This document shows, in pieces, positions 50,040-62,765 of a stretch of 64,000 nt of DNA; position 1 is the stretch's first letter; each line of letters starts with the position of its first letter. Location: contig NC_079164.1 of NCBI RefSeq assembly GCF_947568905.1, positions 77,438,001 to 77,502,000 on the forward strand. The letters run 5' to 3'. The position numbers and the translations under genes are program-made. The notes beneath the pieces were generated by a model. That model was not told where the DNA came from. It made no database searches and saw only the letters and a program-made list of their open reading frames with translations. This DNA is from Ostrea edulis (taxonomy: Eukaryota).

Positions 50040-50390
50040 GCCCCTTACCATAAGAAATCTATATACAAAGTATAAAAGCTCTACCCTCTTAAATAGTTCA
50101 GGAGATATTGAATAGATTTTTATCAAAAGTAGGTCAAACTTCCAGGTCAGGATCACAAGGTCAAATACCAAAGTATGAGGTCTTGCCATAAAGAATCTAT
50201 ACACAATATATGAAGGTTTTATCTTAAATGGTTCTGAAGATGTTGGTTAGGTCATGTTTTTAAAAAGTAGGTCAAGGTCAAAGGATCACAAGGTCCTGTC
50301 ATAATTAACAGGTTACATTTTTAAAGTAATGTCACAAGGTTAAAGGTCAGAAGCGAAGCTTCATTAGGCTCGAGCCTAAACATTATTTCT
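50040..50390. repeat. Decayed tandem-repeat element rich in AGGTCA half-sites
   Basis: AAAAGTAGGTCAA twice and CAAGGTCA repeatedly, including AGGTCAAGGTCA at 50269-80. Similar decayed units at 48920-49400. Confidence 0.5.
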
Positions 50391-51710
50391 AACTGTCATA
50401 ATATATTTTAACATTGAATATGCACATAATGAAAAGTTGATACATGTTTCTAGTGTTAAATATATTTTCAGTCCCTCTTCAAACTAAACAGCCTTTAAAA
50501 AATCTATGAAAATTGCACGATTGTTTAAATCGATTGTAATAAATTTGACGTTCATATTAGCATGAAACTGCCTACAAATCAATTAAAACAATGCTAGTAA
50601 AATCTATCTTTTGAAAATTTCTCCCCTTTTATGAACTCTTTGTTGCACCAACTCGAATTTGGTCCTGACATGTCCGGGCTTTTTGTAATATTAAACGTCG
50701 CAGTGAGGGTATTGTCTAGACATGGTTGTGGGCACTTTTGTCACACCCCAACTCCAATGGAAGAGTGCAAGTATTGCATTGACTTTTGAACTGTTTATTA
50801 TACAATGGTTCTATTTCACCACATCACACAGCCATGCCAACCATGAACTTATACCATACATTGTACAATGTGCACCTTGTGCATTGTTATTACAACAGGA
50901 ATGGAAATCACTTGATGTTAACAATGACTTCATTATAAGTGTGAATGCTGGGGAACAAAAGGACTAAGATAAAAATTGATTGAATCCACGAAAGATCATA
51001 ATCTAAGGTCACCGAGATGTGACTTTGTGAGATCAAAATGGACAGTTGATTTGATTTGTGGGAGTCTTTACACAACATAACAGATCTATTGGGTGAATAG
51101 TAGACTCCGATTTTCTCTGTCCTAATCTTTAAAGCTTGCTGATATTGTTATCACCCACGTAATGATTTTCAGAATTATTATCCTTAAGTGACATTTTTTT
51201 GCAGCCTTTAAAATTCTGATTTGTGAATGGCTATTGGCATTGAACGTTTTTGTTTTCCACCAGTTAAAAACTCGTGGCTCTGCATCATGATGCTAAAAAC
51301 TGGAAGCCTTTGTCAAAATATAAATAAATAGTGGGTGTAGTGATACAGCCTCATTACAGTGTACCACTTTGCCCCAAGTCAAGAACTTGACCCCGAGTTC
51401 AAATACAAATACAAGTCATAGCATATCATACATGCCACAATCAATATCACCTGATTCTATGATTATAGTTACAATGTTGAAGCCTGACAATTTTCCCACT
51501 ATCTTAAAAACCAGACTCAAATTTGAAGACCACATGCATATTCAATTACATGTCATATCATATAATAAATATGCCACCATAAAATCGCCTAGATATCATA
51601 GCATAGAAAATGTGCACACACTATCTAGACACAGGTCTCGTGTCTAAAACCCAAATACACAACTACAAGTCATACGAAACCATATGCTACTATATATCAA
51701 ATCTTTTAAT

Positions 51711-51952
51711 TGAAAGATGAAGATAACAAACAGTGATTAATCTCATAACTCATATAAGCAATATAAAATAGAGAGTTGGGCAAACACCGACCCCTGGACA
51801 CACCAGAGGTGGGATCAGGTGCCAAGGAGAGCATCCCTTGTTGACCAGTCACACCCGCCATGAGCCCTATATCTTGATCAAGTAAACAGAGTTATCCGTA
51901 GTCAAAATCAGTATGCTAAGAACGGTCTAACAATTGGTATGAAACATGTCAG
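51711..51952 (-). mobile_element. 3' end of a non-LTR retrotransposon (RTE-X-like) or derived short element
   Basis: Minus strand GGCGGGTGTGACTGGTCAACAAGGGATGCT..GGCACCTGATCCCACCTCTGG...GTTATCTTCATCTTT. Close copy at 56488. Clade assignment is from memory. Confidence 0.65.
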
Positions 51953-53289
51953 CGCCCTGTTTCATTTCAAATTTCTGTTTTTATGTCTATGCATGCAATT
52001 ATATATCATTAGTGCTTTGTGTTTTTTATGCTATATAGTCGGTTAAAGAGCTCTTAGTTCATGTTTATTGTTACCTGTATATAGTTCCGACTTTAAATAA
52101 AAATTACTTACTATTTTTACTTACTTGCCCACATTTCTGTCCATCCCAGGGTCTTTCTTTCATACAATTTTATCTTTCAAATATTTTATTTTGATTACCT
52201 CAACTCCACTATAATCATTTTAATTCATACATTGATATTTAATTATGGTGATTAAGTCAACAGTCAATGTTGACCAAGCTGAGATGACAAGATATCCAAT
52301 TCATTAAGGATTTTAGCTTTTCCACTTCACTGTATAAACAAAGCGTGCAACACTGCATATTTTCAGAGAAAAAAATACATTAAAATGTACATAATAATAA
52401 TTAAATCACTGAGGGGATGTGATAATGTCTAGATTCTACGAAACTGTACTATATTTCCCCCATCAATTTAAATACTACCACAGATAGCAATTGATTTCTT
52501 CCTTTACTTTGACAAAATTATGCCACTTGGGACATCGAGACAATCCACAGCCTGATTATCCGAGTAAAAACGGACCAGCGTTATCTTTTACACCTTTAAA
52601 AGGGTTGCAATCGCTTCAGTATTGTGCTGCCTGACAGTTGCCTTGATGACTTACTGATTCCTGGCATTAAAACACATCAATATTTGAGTTAATAGGTAAT
52701 GTTGTGCCTGATTTTATCATCTTCTGGTTTGAATACTATATATTGGGTTTCGGAGCATCCTCTTATCATATTCTTGTCAATACAAAAGTTCATGTACCCA
52801 TTTATCAATGGGTAAAACAAGTACTACCTAAAATAGCCAACTGATATTTTTTTATGACAATATAATTATCATCATTTTAACTAAACCAGGACTGAGATAA
52901 GGGAATTCAAAACCCAATAGTTCATTTGATGCATTCATAGTGAAAACTCTGATTTCATGAAATGTTTATAAAAATAGTTGATACTAGTACACCAACTAAA
53001 ATTCAAAATGAAGGAAATCTGATGTTCAAAACTTTGTCAGAATACTCAATTTTCACTTGATCATCAGTGATAAACCAATGATTAACCTGTTGTAGTAATA
53101 TAGAAATTCCTATTTTTAAAGTTCATCAAAATTTAATACCAAGAGATGCAACCAAGATATATATATATATAAGTAATGAAAATCAGAATGACACATTCCA
53201 TAAAAAACAATCATTTACTGCTAGCGCTTTCTCCATGTCTACATGGTTCATCAGGCAGTTGAAATATTTTTGGAATTTGATGTTTATAA

Positions 53290-54126
53290 AGGTCATGAAA
53301 TTTGAATGTCTGTAAAATTCAAAAAGTAGGTCACTGTGACCTACTTTTTTTTATAAATATGTTTTGAGGCCTCTAGACGCATCAACTTACAAGGTTTGAT
53401 GATCCTAAACTTCTCGGTATCTGAAATAACAACCTAAAATGTATTCATAAATGATTAGCCATATAATTCAGAAAGTAGGTCATGGTGACATACTTTTCAA
53501 ATGACGCAGTTCAAGGTTCCATGATCCATCAACTGACAACTTTTGATGATCAAGGCTCAAAAGTGTCCAAGACATGCATCAAAATCCATTTAATAATAAT
53601 TACATACGAAATTCAAAAAGTAGGTCACCATGACCTACTTTTGAGACAACATTATATTAGGTCCTAAGATGCATCAACTGACAAAATTTGATGATCCTAG
53701 TCCTTATACTAAGCAAAATATCAAGGTTTTAACAAAACAAAATTTAAGGTCAACTTTGAAGTGACCTTGAGACCACACCCTTTGCCCCAGGATGATGCCT
53801 TGAACAATATTTTTATCTACAACCTATCCTCATCCTTATGCATAAGTTTGGTGATAATTTTCCCAGTGGTTCTTGAGAAGATTTTTTAGCAACCACTACT
53901 TTAGTTTGCATTTTCCTAATTATCTCCCCTTGTTAAAGGGTCACAACCCTAGTTTTAGTACAAATGAAAGCCCTTGGGCCAAGGATACCCTGTGACAAAT
54001 TTGACAAAAATTGGCCAATGGGTTCTTGAGATATAGCCCTTTTCCCAAAAAGTTGACACACACAGCACGCCAGACATATGGCCATATGATTAGCTCCTTG
54101 AGCCTTCGGCTCAGAAGAGCTAAAAA
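53290..54126 (-). mobile_element. Truncated second copy of the ERE-unit HINE family
   Basis: Colinear with 14700-15533. Palindromes at 53328-42, 53477-91 (one mismatch) and 53622-36. End TAGCTCCTTGAGCCTTCGGCTCAGAAGAGCTAAAAA. Confidence 0.82.
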
Positions 54127-54287
54127 TGTTTAGCGACATGTTTGTTGTGACAATCAGTTAGATGAATCCTTTAAGACATCAAAATAACATTAACAGCTAG
54201 TAGCGTTTGGTATTGTCAACAATTCCTACAAATTTTGTAAAAAAGATGGGTAATTTGTAGTTGCATTGTTAAAATAACTATTATAGC

Positions 54288-54439
54288 ATTAAACATTCTT
54301 TTTGAAATATTTATCAATGTGTAAACTCCGGACATTTTGCTCAAACTGAATAAAATTGCGAAGCACTTTTATGTCAAGTTTGTGAGTAAAATGTCTGTCC
54401 GGAGTTTACACATTGATAAATTTTTCAAAAATGTTTAAT
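54288..54439. repeat. 152-bp imperfect palindrome with ~55-bp arms
   Basis: ATTAAACATT..TTTATCAATGTGTAAACTCCGGACATTTTGCTCA pairs with TGAGTAAAATGTCTGTCCGGAGTTTACACATTGATAAATTTTTCAAAAATGTTTAAT. Confidence 0.85.
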
Positions 54440-55976
54440 CCTCTTAATTCCAATTCATTCATCATATCAATAATCATTAAAAATTTGAATAGTTTCCCTG
54501 CACCACATTTTTTGATTTTAGGCGCGTATGGATACATCATGTTTTCGGATTTATTGATGTGTAAACTCTCATCCAGCTTTATTTTTGTCCAATCCAACAA
54601 TTATAATAAATAACATTGGAATAATTTTCTATTAAGGCTTAGATTCAAAAGTTTTATAGAACAGTCCTCTTTGGCTTTGTGAGTTATTTCATTTTCAGCC
54701 CACATGTTAAAGAACGGAAACACTTTAAATTTAGCACCCCTGCATTCCGCAAAATGATCACTACATGGGGTGTTCCACACACCAAGATCTTAAATCAGTG
54801 GCTTATGCACCTTCACTCACGCATTAAGTTGGTCAGTTTGTCCTATATGATATTGTTTTCTTCACAAGTTGGGCAAGTGGCACAGTAAATAAGATTTAAA
54901 GTTTTTCAATATTTTCCCCAATTTTAAAGTTATGGAATTACCCCCTCTTCTATGTGTTTGCACGTCTCACAACATGGGTCACCACATTTTTAAATTTGCT
55001 CTATACAGTTAGGAGTATTTTTTAGGTTTGGTACCTGATGCCGGCTGTCAATAATTTGAGATGATCTTTAAAGTTTACCGCATTTTTCATATTGATGGAT
55101 TGTTTCATTATTTTATTTTGATAATCTTACAGATATAAGATCTTACATGTACCATGTAATTCCATTTAATTGTTTTATTGTTTTATGCCTCTCCTTACTA
55201 TTGAAAATTAAGCGTAATTTGTTTTATATAATGCACTGTATAAATTTTATTATTATATCATATCATTTATAATTCCAAAATTGGATCGCTGTATTTTCAA
55301 GATATTGTGATTTCTTGGATTATGTGTGATGATGAAAGGGAGGCACATTGTTGTTCTTTTTTTGGCATCCTTTTGGCAGGTTTTCCGAAGTTCTGAAATC
55401 GATATTTTTTCTGCGTGTTGGATTCCAGGGTCAGTTAAGTTTTCTAGGTAATGTTGTCATGTTAAATGTATCGTTAATTCTTTTAATTTCTTTCTACCTA
55501 AGGTTGAACCGGTAATGATGGTGCATATATATCTGGCCATATTGTATTGGGATATTATGTTTAGTGTGTGATGGGTGACGTGATCTAAAATCTAGATTTT
55601 GATGAGTGTCCGTTTCTTTGCTGTTTTATAAATCAGTGGTAATATGATGGCCCTCTTTTATGATAAATAAATCGAGAAATGGTAGATTTTCAAATTTTGA
55701 ATTTTAGATATTTTGGTCGCTTCCATTATGAATTGAGTTGATTCATGTAGATTATCTAAAATAGAATGAAATCATGAAAGAGGGCAATCACATTTGGTCA
55801 GAAAATACCAATCATATACAGAAATGTGGTGATCCTTGAGGGCCTTGCGATATCTTACGTGAAGGCCAAAAGTTCATTTCTAAAAACGGCATACAACTTC
55901 AACATGAACTGCGAAATGAAATTAAAACCTAATATACTGTGACATTTGCCCTACCTGCAAAGAATACTATAAGGCA

Positions 55977-56068
55977 AAAAGAAAAACTTATAAACATGCA
56001 CAACCAGGGTTCATAAACACTAAAAGAAAAACTCATAAACATGCACAACCTGGGTTCATAAACACTAA
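55977..56068. repeat. 45-bp direct tandem duplication
   Basis: GAAAAACTYATAAACATGCACAACCWGGGTTCATAAACACTAAA at 55981 and 56026. Confidence 0.9.
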
Positions 56069-56487
56069 ATAAAGGACCCTAAAACTCATAACACACAGTA
56101 TGGTGAAAATTTTCAAATTGTGGAATAAGATATTTCAAGATACTTCCATTCTTTAAAATAGGAATTGAAAAATCAATATCTGCAATTATAGCCATGCAAG
56201 GAGGACGAATTCATTAGACACTTTAATCCAAAAGTCAACTGCATTTAATTCTGTGGATATGATTTTTTCTAATGTATACATTACAATTGTATTTTTCATC
56301 TAAATTTACTAAACTGTATAATATTTCTAACATTACAATGAAATAGCCTTTATGATGTCACAGATTTGCTACTGCACCGCTGTTGCACGTCACCTCAAAC
56401 AATTACTTTTAAGACATCATAATTTTACAGATTTTAACAGTTGTTTCATAGAAAAGATTTTGGGAACAGCCTGTAGAGCCACTTCTG

Positions 56488-56734
56488 GAAGGTGAAGATA
56501 ACAGTGATCAATCTCCTAACTCCTATAAGCAATATAAAATATGATAGTTGGCAAACACGGACCCCTGGATACACCAGAGGTGGGATCAGGTGCCTAGGAG
56601 GAGTAAGCATCCCTTGTCGACCGGTCACACCCGCCGTAAGCCCTATATCCTGATCACATAAACGGAGTTGTCCGTAGTCAAAATCAGTATACCAAGAACG
56701 GCCTAACAATCTGTATGAAACACGTCAGACAGCA
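56488..56734 (-). mobile_element. Second copy of the LINE-derived 3' end
   Basis: Colinear with 51711-51952 over about 245 bp. Confidence 0.7.
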
Positions 56735-59700
56735 ACCCTGGCTGAAAAACAGTAAAATTCAGTAACATATGTATATTCTGTGATGTTATTCAAAGACGAA
56801 TCTTTAATCATAAACTGGGGTATATGCATTTCTCTTTGTGTGTGAGTCTGTGTGTGATTGTATGTGCACACATGTGCATGCATGTGTAAGAGAGAAAGAT
56901 TGGTATAATTAATTTATAATGCATTCTTCAGGATCAAGCAGTTCATAGAATCATACATTTACACCTTAGTAGTAATTCTTATACCATTTCTACATAAATC
57001 TCACTGTACCAGAAACATTTCTCCAATTACCCTTTTCTTAATAATTTACTTACTCTTCAAATTTGCAGTATAGATAACTGGATTTTCTACTTCATTAACT
57101 GTATAGTTGGCATAAAGCATAAGACTAGAACTACCAAATTGTTCTTATGACAAAATTAAACAGAAAATCATTGCTTAACTACAACACTCCGGAACCAATC
57201 TTCTGCACATAAAACTGAAATCCCTATTCTTGCTTCATTGACCTGAAAAATCAATGCCCTATCCCCATCCATCACCCCAGAAAAGGAGCATCACCCATCC
57301 AGATGTTGATTCCGCAAAATTCATCATAAAAACTAAGAGGATAATAAAAATGCTTTTGATTTTTAAGTTTACCTAAAGAATATCATGGCTCATTATCTTG
57401 CTTGATTAGCAAGTATGTTTAGAGGAAACGAGGAAGAAGCAGAATTCCTTCATAATCGTGGGATCATCACAGCCCTCCTACGAAAAAAATCCCAGCAAAC
57501 ATATGTTCACAGATAATAAATGAGCAGAATGATAAGTCAGATTATGTCTCTGATAAATTCAAATAGTTATACCTACGTCACAGTAGAAAAGTAAATTAAT
57601 ACATCATTAGGCTCAATTAACGTTTCAAAAATCCTGATTACCAAAACAATGGTTTAAAATACCATGGAAGCATTCCATCACCCCAACATCTCATCAGATT
57701 TATTCAGTTTTCAATTTGATATTGAGTTAATCTTGAAAGTTTGTTCTTTACCATTGCAAGATCAATTTTTATTTAATTAATATACGGACATGATAATTAA
57801 TTGAACCAATCTAAATGTTAGTATTTATAGTAGCAATGACTTAAGACTGTTAGTATTAATTCAACAAACATCTTGGCCAGAATGCTCCCCATGCTTGTAA
57901 TGGGTGGATGGAGGTCTATAGACTAGACTATTATGTGACACTTCTGTTACAAGGCTAGGTTATCAATATCACTCGAGAAAGTTACACGAACATTCCCATT
58001 CGTAATCTGCAAAGAAAATCCATCAAGTTCTCTAAAGATTTAGATCAGAGTCCATAAAAACCAATAGCATCACCCTGAAAATGTGATTCCATTTGTGATT
58101 GTTAAGAATTGATAGATAACCTGCGATTTTCATGATTGATAGTTGTAGCCGCACCACGGTTACTATTGATGAAAACTATAAAGGTGTACCTAATATCCCC
58201 CCTCTCTGACATCACAATGACTCAGCAGTGATACACCACTATACTGCTATCATACGCTGCCAGATTTTCAACTTGTGCAGATCTTGACATAAAATGGTGA
58301 TGTAAAAGAACCCGGCAAAACAACAACAGATGTCGATGGATAATCCCCATTCTGAATACCTACCCCCTAATGACAGGTGCCTCATCCTACTCCTCCCCCA
58401 CGATAAAACAAGTAAAGTAAGTACTATTTTCAGTGAAACCTGCCATCTCCATCTTCCAAAAATACTCACATAGTCATATTTTTGGTACATACATTGATGC
58501 ATTTAGCTTCCTATCTACAAATATACACCACACACCTGCTAATGAGTCTCACTGCAACCTACATAAATCTATTCTCATTAGCAATCTTATTCATTTGACA
58601 TCTTAATTTATATCATATAAATCATCAATCAACTTGTTTTTACCATGAACTACTTCAATAGTACAGTTCTGGTTTTCAAAATGAGAATTCTTAAGAGTGT
58701 TTATGTCATTGGCTTAGTACTTTATCCCTAACTTCAGTCTTGGACTAATGATTATAGTGTTATGTAATTAACTGACTTCTGTCAATCTCAGTGAAGCATG
58801 GTATGACATCTTATTGCCTAGCTAAGGAGTGATTTGACAATGAGATGATGAATTAGACATACCAGAAGCTAATGTGCAATCATTCCAGCTCTTCATTTAG
58901 GTTCATTGGTAACATTTACACATGGTGAATCCCACACCAGAGACAGATTTGATTGTTAACTGTGCAGTTCAGCGTACACTTTACAGAAGACAGAATTCAT
59001 TCCAGGAAGCAATATCTAAACATGCAAGTTGTATTTCAGACCCATGGAAACTTTCCTGTTTCAGGGGAAGAAAATTGTACATATACCTTCTACAATAAAC
59101 ATACATTAGTTTTCAATATTAATTTTGTCCTAAATGTATCTATAATTCTTTGAAAACTCCAAAATGCAACAGGTATGGATTTGAGTACTTATACATAAAA
59201 AATCTTACTCATATACAAAAAGAAAAACATCTGATGTAGGATTGGGCTCTCAACACATTCATACTTTCTCTATTTCAATTTGACAGTTGTCTATCCCATA
59301 ATAACTTGTACAGGAAGTTATTCTTTGCCATCCTTCTAGCACATCTAGAACTGCAGTATGTGGTTAAGGTGGTATTAGCATGCATTATCTATGCTTATCC
59401 CCAGAAGCCATCTAATCAACAGAAATACTCCATCATCCTGCTAATTTTCATAGAGCTCAAAATACTGCATGCAAATTAGATTTTTTTGCTATACATTAAT
59501 GTTACATCAGTTCTTTCAATCACACAAGTTTGCAAATTTGTTCTACACTTCAGATGAAAGGATGCATCATTTGGATGCTTAATGGCCTTGCAATAACTGG
59601 GACTGTCTCCCTTCCATCAAATATGTACACTAGCTTTTTTGCTAGAATTTTCCCCCATGAAGCACTCATGCTCTTAACTCGCATATTTCATGCTTAAAGG

Positions 59701-62529
59701 GGGTGGAAAATATTCTAAATATATTCTGATAATTGTTTCTTCTTCATTTCCTCAATGTGTAGTTTGTTAGAAGCCATTACGGAAACTATTTAGGCCAGAG
59801 ACGAAACAACTCAGCCACGCAATATGATGTCAGAGGATTCAAAATCAAAAAGGGGTCTAACATATCTCTAGTCTAATGTTTCTAATTATTAAGTTTTCCT
59901 TAGTTGATAAGGCAAGTCGTCAGAATCGAAACAAGGAAACAAACCCCAGCAACAGAGAGAAATCTCCCCACACAAATCAGCCAAACTACTTGTGTTTTAT
60001 CAACTACTTAGCTTTAATTAAATTATTTTTACACACAAAAAAAGACAATGTTAAAGCTACTGCCAAGCACATAATGCCGAATAATTACAAGTTAAAGGCA
60101 AACCCACGAAGCAACATTACTGTCACAGCATGCAACAACTTCATAAAGAGTTCCAATCATTGTCAAAATTTTCACAAAGATAATTCAAATCAAGACAGCT
60201 AGTACAATGAAAATTCAATTTTCCAACTAACTAGGGCATCTCCAGAAGAAAAAAAATATAGTACATTCAGAAAGAATTGGATACTCAATTCCAGCTAAAC
60301 TAAAGAATTCACAAATGGCATGAGATCAAGAATGCCATCTTGATATCCTCAGATTGATCTGTGTTTTTTGAGTAAACTGCTTACATATCTGCCCAAAACA
60401 AAACTTTCTCACACAATGCTTTTTTATGTAACAAGTATACATTTGAATTGTAAATGTAAACCCTCAAGTATAGATAAAATGATGTAATCCTATATACAAA
60501 AAATCCAAGGAAGAAATTCAGATGTTCAATTCCCATCCAACTTGCTCCACTAACAACACAAAATTAAAATACTAAAATAAACATTGGCATCTCAATTATG
60601 AGTTCATAAAGTTCCTAGATGACTTGATGCATCCTTTTCATTTTATCATCTATCAGTAATGTAATTAGTTTGAGAACTTTTTTTCTTTTGAACTTAAGTT
60701 TTAGAAATATAGTACCAAGCTCTAATTTCCATTCCTTTGAATACACTGTATATGAGCTACAATATCAACACATTACCACAAATCCTTCATTTTGCAACCA
60801 ATCCATATATTTATTTGCTTTTCTGTTAACCCAGGAGCTCATTAAATGATGTTTAAGATGATAAAGCTCACTTAAAACACCTGGCAATATTTTTCACACA
60901 CCCTTTACTTACTACAGCACTTAAACTACAAACAATTATTGAGACAGTAAGTTTATTGTTTGCATTCATACAAAATTTTGGAAAACAAGACTTTTTTTTA
61001 ACAACTAGTGCATTGAGTACAGATGTCCTGCATGATATTCCATCCCTTCATTCATATAATTACTCACTGAACATATGCCAAATCAATACTATACATTTCA
61101 TACCATCAATGAATGAAAAATTCTATCTTCAATTCCCCTTTCCCACAATGATGAGGACATACAACTTATAACTGAAATTACCCCCTATTTGAAGAATATA
61201 GATTACTGGTAATATATTTTTTCATGAAAGAGTGCAGTCTTAAAGATCTGATGAATTAGAGCACCACATTGATTTAATCATTTGATTATAACCCTAATTA
61301 TAAGAATTATTCACAATCTTTTCTAATGAAGAGAAAATCATACAACATCCGGAATCATATTGTACATCATAAAAGTACAGAGGAAATACACTCAAGAACA
61401 TTATAAGGTGTAGGCTAGGAGGAAAACAAAAAATATCTAATATCATAATGAATTTAATTTGCAACATCTTTTATTCCAAATTCGTTAATGGAAAATCCTT
61501 CATGACTAATGGACTTGTATTCACGAGATGTGCCTTCATTTAAGGATTGAATGATTATTTTTTGACATCTACAATAGTGTGCAGACACATTGAATAATAC
61601 ACATTAGCACATTATAATACACGTAATACAAAGTTTGCAGTGATGTTCAGTGGAATGAGAGCAATGCTCGTGCTGCAAACTACACCCATCCGACACATTC
61701 AGTAATGCAGTACAGTAATCCAAGAAAGGATTTCCATCCAAATAAAGCATTTGTCAGAAATTGGCTCTGACAGATGTTCTTTAAACACTTTCTCTAATAT
61801 CAGAGAGAACGACTAAAACATAGCAGCTTTGTTAATTTAACATCACAATGTGGAAAGAATTCACCCTGATAAAAAGTGTAACTTCTGATGCAACATTATA
61901 ACTTTTCAAAATATACTTAGCACCAACACCATGGGGAACATGAACACCAAGACTGATGATCTTTTTAGTACTGCTTTTCCTTCATTAAAAAAACTCCATA
62001 GAGTCTTCCATATCTGCTTCAAATTTGGATATTTTATTGAACATGGATGTTAATGGCAAACTGACAATTCTACTTCATGACAAACAATGACAGGTGATAT
62101 CGTAACGGGTCTCGTTCGTGTGTGGGCGAGTGTGTGTGTGTGTAACACTAGTTTGTAAACACTCTAAGGCCACATTATTTGCTCCATTGGCTTCACATGT
62201 AGCATTGTTATCAAAAAAGGAATAACCCTATTGATTTGTGGGTCAAAAAGTCAAAGGTCAAGATCACTACCGGACTTCATAGAAAAATCTTGTAGACATG
62301 CTCTCATTGTGAGGGGATATGCACTACTTTGTGGAGTTTTTTGTTTTAATATATTTTGCTACCTGTCAAAATTTTTAGACAATTGTGAAGACAACTTCTG
62401 CGACTGCCTCCCCTTTTCACTCTTTGAAGAGAGTATTTTGTTGGGCAAGTGTCCTAGAGTCATCCAAAACCCTATTTCTTAACTGTTTTATATCTATAAC
62501 TATTGAGATCCTGACCCCTAAACCATATA

Positions 62530-62765
62530 CAGACCCCGAAGCCTACTACTACACCACTTGCATGGAATATTATGAAATTATTCTTACAAGAAAGGTGAAC
62601 AGTTTGCATGGAAAGGTGAGCAATTTGCAAGCAATGGTGAAAGATCTGCAGGGAACGGTGAATGGTTTGCACGGAATGCTTCGTACGAAATGTTGAATGC
62701 TTTTTAAGTGTTCTGCATGATATGGTAGGCATGTCTTGCATGGTTTGATTTTTCTGGCAGTTTAC
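62530..62765 (+). mobile_element. One end of the CAGACCC/21-bp-repeat element family
   Basis: TA|CAGACCCCGAAGCCTACTACTACACCACTTGC matches the reverse complement of 25110-25152; 21-bp repeats follow. Confidence 0.55.

Noticed and set aside
56446-56709. 87-aa ORF (DFDYGQLRL...GMLTPPRHLIPPLV)
   Set aside because: Lies in a repeated LINE-derived 3' end; the paralogue at 51711-51952 does not preserve the frame.
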